Positions 26,101-32,000 of a DNA stretch of 32,000 nt are shown here, piece after piece. Positions within the stretch are counted from its first letter, which is position 1; every line of letters starts with the position of its first letter. The notes under the pieces were generated by a model. That model ran no database searches. It was not told the DNA's origin and saw nothing but the letters and a program-made list of their open reading frames with translations. The DNA comes from Vibrio alginolyticus NBRC 15630 = ATCC 17749 (GTDB lineage Bacteria; Pseudomonadota; Gammaproteobacteria; Enterobacterales; Vibrionaceae). Both the position numbers and the translations under genes were made by a program. Location: NCBI RefSeq assembly GCF_000354175.2, contig NC_022359.1, positions 1,710,001 to 1,742,000 of the forward strand, given 5' to 3'.

Positions 26101-27081
26101 CTACGGGATCTCATGACCAAGGGTTTTCTCGAGCAAGCCATACCAATGGCTGCGCGACAGCGTGACGTTTTCCACTTGAGCACAAGCGCGAATACGTTGT
26201 GGGTTTGCAGTACCAATAACAGGCTGAATTTGGTTTGGATGACGCGTCAGGAAGGCTAAAACAATCGCCTCAGACGACACGCCATATTCAGCTGCCAGCG
26301 CCATCACCATCTCCGCCGTCTGTCTGGTGTTGTGATCATCAGAATGTAAGCCACGCTCTGAGAATCTTCCTTGCGCCATACTGCCCCACGCTTGCAGTTG
26401 GATATTGTGCTTACGGGCATGTTCCAGTGTTCCTGCAACGTAATCAGATGCCGACGAAGGAAGCCCCATGCCTTGCTTGATGAAGTCAGACTTAGCCAGA
26501 CTCATTTCCAACTGGTTCGCCACGATAACTTCACCCGTAGCTTGTTGGAGAAGATCAATTTGAGCACTGTTCATGTTAGAGACACCAAAGTGGTTAACTT
26601 TGCCAGCTTGTTTCAGTGCTTGGAGCGCTGTGCCCAGTTCTTCAAATTCAACCAAAGGATCCGGGCGATGCAGCATCAAAACATCAAGGTTTTCCACGCC
26701 AAGGCGTTCAAGAATGCTCTCAACAGAAGCCGTCACCCATTTAGCAGAGAAGTCATACTGCTTCACACCTTGCTCATCTCCTAGACGGATGCTGCACTTG
26801 GATTGCAGATAAATTCGTTCTCGTAACGTTGAGTCATTGGCTAAGATGCGCCCAAATACTTCTTCTGCCTTACCGAATTTGTAGATATCCGCATGATCAA
26901 AGAGATTAATGCCTACCTCTAATGCTGCCTCTACAGCGGCATAAGCTTGGTTTTCATCTTGGGCGGTTAATGGGTTGCGATTCCACTCCCCTCCAAGCCC
27001 CATGCAGCCGAAGACCAAGCGGCTAACGTTAGGTAAGGTTTTGGCGAGCGGTAGTGTTGGGTTGTTCATCGTTGTTCTCAC
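26101..27081 (-). CDS. Aldo/keto reductase family oxidoreductase
   Basis: AKR motifs (LVFGCMGLGG, DHADIYKFG, LMLHRPDP, GVSN). The start may be the ATG at 27069 rather than the GTG at 27081. Confidence 0.85.
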   Translation of the reverse strand: MRTTMNNPTLPLAKTLPNVSRLVFGCMGLGGEWNRNPLTAQDENQAYAAVEAALEVGINLFDHADIYKFGKAEEVFGRILANDSTLRERIYLQSKCSIRLGDEQGVKQYDFSAKWVTASVESILERLGVENLDVLMLHRPDPLVEFEELGTALQALKQAGKVNHFGVSNMNSAQIDLLQQATGEVIVANQLEMSLAKSDFIKQGMGLPSSASDYVAGTLEHARKHNIQLQAWGSMAQGRFSERGLHSDDHNTRQTAEMVMALAAEYGVSSEAIVLAFLTRHPNQIQPVIGTANPQRIRACAQVENVTLSRSHWYGLLEKTLGHEIP

Positions 27082-27197
27082 TTTTCCGATTTCTGCATTT
27101 TCAATTTCTGAAATTAACTCGAACCATCTTACCGTTCGTAAAAATTAGTTTAATACCGTAAAATCGAATTCATTATCCTCGTTAGCGAACAATCGAG

Positions 27198-28073
27198 ATG
27201 ACAGATTACAAAAGAATTGAAAAACTGATGCTGTTTGCCGAAGTGGCTCAAACACTCAACTTTTCTAGGGCAGCGGAGCAACTTGGCATTTCTAAAAGTT
27301 ACCTGTCAGAACAAGTCAAGCGATTGGAATCGGAACTCGCTACGCCTTTGATTGTTCGAACTACACGCAGCGTGAGATTGACGGCAGAAGGTGAATCGAT
27401 CTTTGCGCAAGCGGAAGATCTCAAACGACGCGTAATGGAAATGGAAAAGAGTTTAAGTCAGCAATCTGAGCAAATAGACGGCCTGATTCGGCTTACCGCT
27501 CCCAAGATGTTTGCTGAAGCGGTACTGCATGATTTATGTGTGGCGTTTCGCGCTCTACATCCAAACGTAGAGTTCGATATCCTTTCTAGCTATCAAGCGT
27601 TTAATCTGACGGAAACCAGCGTCGACTTTGCGTTTCGAGCGACAAGAACGCCGCCAGAGAATATGATTGCTCATCACCTTTTGGACTACTACCACTGGCT
27701 GGTTGCCTCTACTGAGTATCTGCAAGAACAAGGCACGCCGGAGACATTAGGTGATTTAAAAAGCCATCAATGCTTAACCACGTTGCATCAAAAAGAATGG
27801 CCTTTAAAAACGGGAACGGTTCAAACCCAAGGTTGGCTTTCAAGCAATGAAAACCGCCTACTCAAAGAATCGGCCCTGTCCGGCAATGGCATCGCTCGAT
27901 TAGCAAGTTACTTTGTCGAGCAAGACGTTGATAATGGCCGACTAGTGCAGGTTCTATCGGAAGAAACGGACCACCAGCACAACGCAGTGTACTTGGTGTA
28001 TCCGCAACTTATCTATCAATCGGCGAAAACCAAAGCCTTCATTGAATTCGTGAAGCAGCACTTTGCTAAATAA
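27198..28073 (+). CDS. LysR family transcriptional regulator (divergent from the AKR-GlcG operon)
   Basis: 291 aa. LTTR HTH (LMLFAEVAQTLNFSRAAEQLGISKSYLSEQVKRLESEL). Confidence 0.85.
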   Translation: MTDYKRIEKLMLFAEVAQTLNFSRAAEQLGISKSYLSEQVKRLESELATPLIVRTTRSVRLTAEGESIFAQAEDLKRRVMEMEKSLSQQSEQIDGLIRLTAPKMFAEAVLHDLCVAFRALHPNVEFDILSSYQAFNLTETSVDFAFRATRTPPENMIAHHLLDYYHWLVASTEYLQEQGTPETLGDLKSHQCLTTLHQKEWPLKTGTVQTQGWLSSNENRLLKESALSGNGIARLASYFVEQDVDNGRLVQVLSEETDHQHNAVYLVYPQLIYQSAKTKAFIEFVKQHFAK

Positions 28074-28082
28074 CTAAGGCAG

Positions 28083-29840
28083 TTAATCCGCTGACCACAC
28101 CGAGCGAATATCTGGCCAACCCCAGTTAGTTAAAGCGACGTCTTCTAACACACCTTGGAAGCGCAAAGTTTGTGTATGGTGGAACATAGGTGCAATCCAA
28201 TACTCGCTGATCAACGTCGATGCAATTGGCTCCAATGCATTAAGGTACTCCTCAAGTGGAACGAAAGATCTGACTCTCTGTAGTTGTTCATCTAACCATT
28301 GTGCGTTCTTTTCTCCCAAAGTGTGGAATAGCACAGCGTTGCTGAAGAAGTTCGTGAACGCTGAGGCATGACGATTATCATCTAGGTTTATGTTCGTTAC
28401 GACCATTGTCTCATTTAGCTCACCGTTCTTAGCCTTCTCGTTCAGCTCACGGTAGGAATACATAACAATTTCTACTTTACTGCCAACACTCGCCAAACGA
28501 TTAGAAATAGCCCGCGCACAGCGACGCAATGCGGTATAGTTATATCCTGCTATCGTAATGTGTTTAGGTAACTTAAGCGGCTCACTGAACGGACGGAGCA
28601 CTGGCTTCCAACCTGGTAGCAGGTTATAAGCGGGTATACTCCCAAACACAATATTCTCGCGGCGCATCACTTCGGCCAAGTGCTCAGGTTGAATTAGCTC
28701 ACTAATATAACGGCGCTGCGCTAAAGAGAGTTTGTGCTTAGCGTGCTGATTAAATAAGGTGAATAAGCAACCATCTTCTATTCGGCTACGCTTGCTCGCC
28801 GATGAGTTTTCTCGGTTTTGCGTCGACATATAGTGTCCACACAAATCCTCCTCGGGCGAAGCATCCCTTTGCAACGTATTTGCTGCCAATGACGGGTTCT
28901 CCATTTGCTCGTCATTAACAATCCAGATAGTCACCAAATCCGTTAGAACTCTACATGCGTAGTAACCATTAAATGCTTGCAGTTTTAAACGACTTTCATT
29001 GTGCTCGACAACAGAGAATGGGCCACTTCCGACCACCAGCTTGTTATTCGCTACGTTAACTTGGCTTACTGGTTGAATGCCGTATTTCACCCCAGAAATA
29101 AGTCCAGCAAAGCCCAAGTCAGCTCGATTAAGCTTAAAAACAACTTTCAATGGCGTTGGCGCAGTGATGTTAGCGACATGTGCCAATTCTTTTTCGTAAT
29201 ACTGTAGTGAACTCAATTTTGCAAACAAGCTAACCACTGTTTCTGCATCAATGGAATTACCATTATGAAAAGTCAGACCTGGACGAAGGTAGAAAGTCCA
29301 TTCGTAGGTGTCTTCGTCATAACGCCAGTGATGTGCGAGTTCTGGTTGCACTTTCCCATTGTGATCACTCGAAACTAAGCAACAATAGATTTGCCTTAAT
29401 AAGAAACGTTCGCTGCTACGCTGAAGTTGATGTGGAACGACGCGCTCAAACATTCGCTTATAGGTTAATTGAATATTGAGCTGTCCTTCTTGAACAGAAG
29501 CACCAGACGTTGTTTTTAACAAACGGCCAAATGCCATTTCGTCTTCATCTAATATCGCCAGTGCTTTTTCATACTTGCCTAACTTGATACGTTCAAGAGC
29601 CAAGCTCTCTTTTAAAACGTCTAACTCCATATTCAGAATAAGAGTCGATCGTTGGTTCCGCCCAGCTTTCGGGTGCCAGCTCAACCACGCCTTCTGCTGC
29701 ATCTGCGTTAGCAGGCTACGAGCATGCCGAGAAGAAGTGAACATGATGTCGGCAATGTCCTGTAACGTGGTTTTTGTTTCATCACCAACGCTAAACGAGA
29801 GTAATCGTTGGTAATAGCGAAACAAATTGAGATCAGACAC
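28083..29840 (-). CDS. SgrR family transcriptional regulator (N-terminal winged HTH + family-5 solute-binding-protein-like domain)
   Basis: 585 aa. N-terminus (LFRYYQRLLS...TTLQDIADIMFTSSRHARSLLTQMQQKAWLSWHPKAGRNQRSTL) is collinear with my memory of E. coli SgrR. GTG start. Confidence 0.85.
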   Translation of the reverse strand: MSDLNLFRYYQRLLSFSVGDETKTTLQDIADIMFTSSRHARSLLTQMQQKAWLSWHPKAGRNQRSTLILNMELDVLKESLALERIKLGKYEKALAILDEDEMAFGRLLKTTSGASVQEGQLNIQLTYKRMFERVVPHQLQRSSERFLLRQIYCCLVSSDHNGKVQPELAHHWRYDEDTYEWTFYLRPGLTFHNGNSIDAETVVSLFAKLSSLQYYEKELAHVANITAPTPLKVVFKLNRADLGFAGLISGVKYGIQPVSQVNVANNKLVVGSGPFSVVEHNESRLKLQAFNGYYACRVLTDLVTIWIVNDEQMENPSLAANTLQRDASPEEDLCGHYMSTQNRENSSASKRSRIEDGCLFTLFNQHAKHKLSLAQRRYISELIQPEHLAEVMRRENIVFGSIPAYNLLPGWKPVLRPFSEPLKLPKHITIAGYNYTALRRCARAISNRLASVGSKVEIVMYSYRELNEKAKNGELNETMVVTNINLDDNRHASAFTNFFSNAVLFHTLGEKNAQWLDEQLQRVRSFVPLEEYLNALEPIASTLISEYWIAPMFHHTQTLRFQGVLEDVALTNWGWPDIRSVWSAD

Positions 29841-30073
29841 TGAATCAACCTTAGATCTGTGAAGTTTGTGGATAGGAATAGTTTACTTAAGTTGGCGGTA
29901 ATAAAATAAGAAAACTTCCTAATTATCTGTTCCCCTTTTCCACAATTAACCTCCAAATTCGGCTTTAAAGCCCCATATATTTACGTTATTAGGAAAAAAG
30001 CCAACAAAAGCACTCTCTTTTTTATATCCCCTTTTATACACATAATTTACTCGTCAGCGTAAAGGAGGAAGAA

Positions 30074-30184
30074 ATGAAGAAGCCAATGATGGCGTACTTT
30101 TTTCAGCAACGCCTAGCTCAATCGAGTAATAAAATAGAAGTGATGACTCTGGTTTATCTTAACGATATGTTCCAGTGGTCATAG
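30074..30184 (+). CDS. 36-codon ORF with a strong SD, divergent from the SgrR-family gene (SgrT-like candidate; not in the ORF track)
   Basis: My own translation: MKKPMMAYFFQQRLAQSSNKIEVMTLVYLNDMFQWS*. SD aaaggagg ends 5 nt before the ATG. A -10-like cataat lies at 30041-30046. Confidence 0.5.
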   Translation: MKKPMMAYFFQQRLAQSSNKIEVMTLVYLNDMFQWS

Positions 30185-30193
30185 CCTAACCTC

Positions 30194-30256
30194 AAGCAGA
30201 ACTTAGCTCCTGATACTACACCCCCACTTCGTTGTATCTTAAGTTCTGCTTTTTCA
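30194..30256 (+). terminator. Long structured hairpin plus T-run closing the small-ORF transcription unit
   Basis: 12-bp outer stem aagcagaactta (30194-30205) / taagttctgctt (30240-30251), inner stem gatac/gtatc, 17-nt C-rich loop, then tttttcatctttt. Confidence 0.6.
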
Positions 30257-30405
30257 TCTTTTGCACTCTACTACCTTATTGCAGGTTACTAAAAGTTAAC
30301 TAGTTGAAACACAGCAAAACAGAGTCTACATTGAAGTCTCATCCCCCAATCGCTTTGTTGAGAAAGGGGCATTCATGGATATACACCACCAATTCGGGAG
30401 TCAAT

Positions 30406-30945
30406 ATGGCAACTTCAGTGAAACTTAAAGCGGGCGACAGCTTCCCTCATCTTCAAGCCACTTTGCTAGATGGTTCAAGCGTAACGTTGGGTCAGCCGCA
30501 AGGTGATGCGACTTGGCAAGCAGTATTCGTTTATCGTGGTAAACACTGCCCTCTTTGTACTAAGTACCTCAACGAGCTTGAGAGTTACAAACAGGCTTTC
30601 GCTGATGCTGGCGTCGATATTCTTGCCGTTTCTGGCGATTCAAAAGCACAGCTAGAGGGGCATCTAGAGAAACTCGAAATCAGCTTCCCTATCGCTTACG
30701 GCCTGACCGAAGAACAAATGAAAACGCTAGGCTTGTATGTATCTATTCCTCGATCTGAACAGGAAACCGATCATAATTTCGCAGAACCAGGTCTGTTTGT
30801 GGTGAATGAACACGGCGACTTACACGTGGTGGATATTTCAAACAACCCGTTTGTTCGCCCTGAGCTTGGCGCGCTATCACGCGGATTGGCATGGATTCGC
30901 GATCCAAACAATAACTACCCTATCCGTGGCACATTGGATTACTAA
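30406..30945 (+). CDS. AhpC/TSA (peroxiredoxin-like / redoxin) family protein
   Basis: Thioredoxin-fold pattern (...AVFVYRGKHCPLCTKYLNEL...ILAVSGDS...). ATG at 30406 behind gggag preferred; the track's TTG start at 30304 adds 34 implausible residues. Confidence 0.75.
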   Translation: MATSVKLKAGDSFPHLQATLLDGSSVTLGQPQGDATWQAVFVYRGKHCPLCTKYLNELESYKQAFADAGVDILAVSGDSKAQLEGHLEKLEISFPIAYGLTEEQMKTLGLYVSIPRSEQETDHNFAEPGLFVVNEHGDLHVVDISNNPFVRPELGALSRGLAWIRDPNNNYPIRGTLDY

Positions 30946-31021
30946 TATCTTCTACACCCAAGTAAACTTTCTATCCTTAAATAAGCTAAGATTCTTGCCT
31001 TAGTGAGAATAACTTGGAATG

Positions 31022-31048
31022 CATATCAGATCCGTGAGATCTGATATG
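31022..31048. repeat. Perfect 11-bp inverted repeat (hairpin or operator) downstream of the redoxin gene
   Basis: catatcagatc - cgtga - gatctgatatg. No adjacent T-run. Confidence 0.6.
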
Positions 31049-31457
31049 TATCAACAAGTTGGAAATAGAGTCCTTGTTCATTATACAACGCCTTGATGAA
31101 AAACAAGATCAGTGAAGCCCAGGCTCCCCTCAAACAACGTTAGTTATTTACTTCTAAGTCACTTTCGCGATAAATACATGAAATTAAGACTAAAAACTTA
31201 GACTTAACGGATATATAAATCATAACGGTACCTACACAAGTAGTTGGCTAGCGATTATTATCCTATTGCAACTCACAATTGTGCAAATCTAATAATTCAT
31301 ACCATAAATGAAAACATAGATACCGTAAGAGACAAAATAAAAGCAAACGATTAAATTACCAATAAAACACCGTTCAATTAAAATAAAAAACATTTCACTT
31401 TATAAAAATGTAATTAATCGTTATTTGCAATCACACATCTTAATTGAGAAATACAGT

Positions 31458-32000
31458 ATGAATAAAATCTCTTTGCTTTATATGGCCGTTTGTATCGGAT
31501 TAGTTGGATGCGGTTCAGGAGGAAGCGACAACGATCCAGCAAAAGATATACATCCCACCATTTCAAATCCGGAACAAGTCAACGCAATGACGGTGGACAA
31601 AGGTCATTTCTATTGTTCTGTAAACCAACAAAAACTGGAACACGGAGGGACATCTGCAACTATGTCCTACCTGATTGAAAAGAAAAGAAATTCTACGGTT
31701 GTCGACGATTATGAATGTACCGAATACGGTTTAAAGAAAGGTGAGTCAATTATCGTCACTAAAAGTGCAATTGAAAACTTTTCATACTCAAAACATTATA
31801 AAAGCACGAAGAAGAATGACATTAATAGGTTTAAAATCATCTACCCTACAGGGCTTACGACTCCGATTAATAAAGATTATGAAAAAATTACGATCACGTA
31901 TAATACGGAGAGACCTGACGTTAACATTAAGATAATTCAATATTTTGACGAAAAGTCTAAATTATATACCATCAAAAAATATGAAAGCCACGTTAACGAC
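31458..32000 (+). CDS. Lipoprotein, function unknown; 5' partial view, the ORF runs off the window end (not in the ORF track)
   Basis: My own translation from the ATG at 31458: MNKISLLYMAVCIGLVGCGSGGSDNDPAK..., lipobox LVGC. 181 codons are open to position 32000. Very AT-rich. Confidence 0.65.
   Translation, partial: MNKISLLYMAVCIGLVGCGSGGSDNDPAKDIHPTISNPEQVNAMTVDKGHFYCSVNQQKLEHGGTSATMSYLIEKKRNSTVVDDYECTEYGLKKGESIIVTKSAIENFSYSKHYKSTKKNDINRFKIIYPTGLTTPINKDYEKITITYNTERPDVNIKIIQYFDEKSKLYTIKKYESHVND

Noticed and set aside
25747-26259. 170-aa plus-strand ORF, with the similar ORFs at 26235-26480, 26371-26784 and 26573-26812
   Set aside because: They are antisense to the GlcG and aldo/keto reductase genes, which have clear family signatures. 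Their composition is low-complexity and they have no translation signals.
30217-30233. The C-rich loop (acacccccac) of the sRNA candidate is complementary to the ggtggggg SD of the YoaK-family gene at about 16843-16850
   Set aside because: An 8-nt match is expected about once by chance in 64 kb of two-strand sequence, so it is not evidence for a target.
31490-31935. Track ORFs 31490-31678 and 31741-31935
   Set aside because: They are in different frames from the 31458 ORF, which has a lipoprotein signal peptide and stays open to the window end. Their Arg/Lys-rich sequences look like off-frame reads of AT-rich DNA.
1-32000. Whole-window scan for CRISPR arrays, rRNA/tRNA genes, IS elements, integrases, and known defence or toxin-antitoxin cassettes
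   Set aside because: There are no regularly spaced direct repeats, no transposase, integrase or recombinase-like ORFs, no terminal inverted repeats bracketing genes, and no RNA gene signatures.

Overview
The window reads as ordinary gammaproteobacterial chromosome. Its gene content and roughly mid-40s %GC look Vibrionaceae-like, but that is my inference from protein familiarity, not a search result. I support 33 protein-coding genes: small-molecule transporters (LysE, AzlCD, EamA, MFS Bcr/CflA, TyrP-like, YjiH-like), four one-component regulators (AraC, two LysR, SgrR family), two divergent general porins, a GAF-GGDEF-EAL protein, a dCache chemoreceptor, an M23 murein endopeptidase, small redox enzymes and several orphan proteins. 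I found no rRNA, tRNA, CRISPR array, transposase, integrase or recognisable defence system.

Three of the genes are absent from the ORF track. Two fall under the 60-aa cutoff, and one runs off the 3' end.

Findings worth following up, in rough order of interest:
1. An sgrR-sgrS/sgrT-like arrangement. A 36-codon ORF with a strong Shine-Dalgarno sequence, a structured 3' region and an intrinsic terminator lies divergent from the SgrR-family regulator (29.8-30.3 kb).
2. An unannotated 44-aa highly basic protein gene with its own promoter, SD and terminator (8974-9108).
3. A secreted protein with an extreme His/Lys tract (21.8-22.1 kb).
4. A 702-bp non-coding stretch carrying several repeated motifs, next to an orphan XRE regulator, helical protein and lipoprotein islet (23.6-25.5 kb).
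5. An orphan hairpin plus terminator leader upstream of an EamA/double-glutaredoxin pair (7.1-7.3 kb).

All functional calls rest on reading the translations and sequence motifs. No database search was run.
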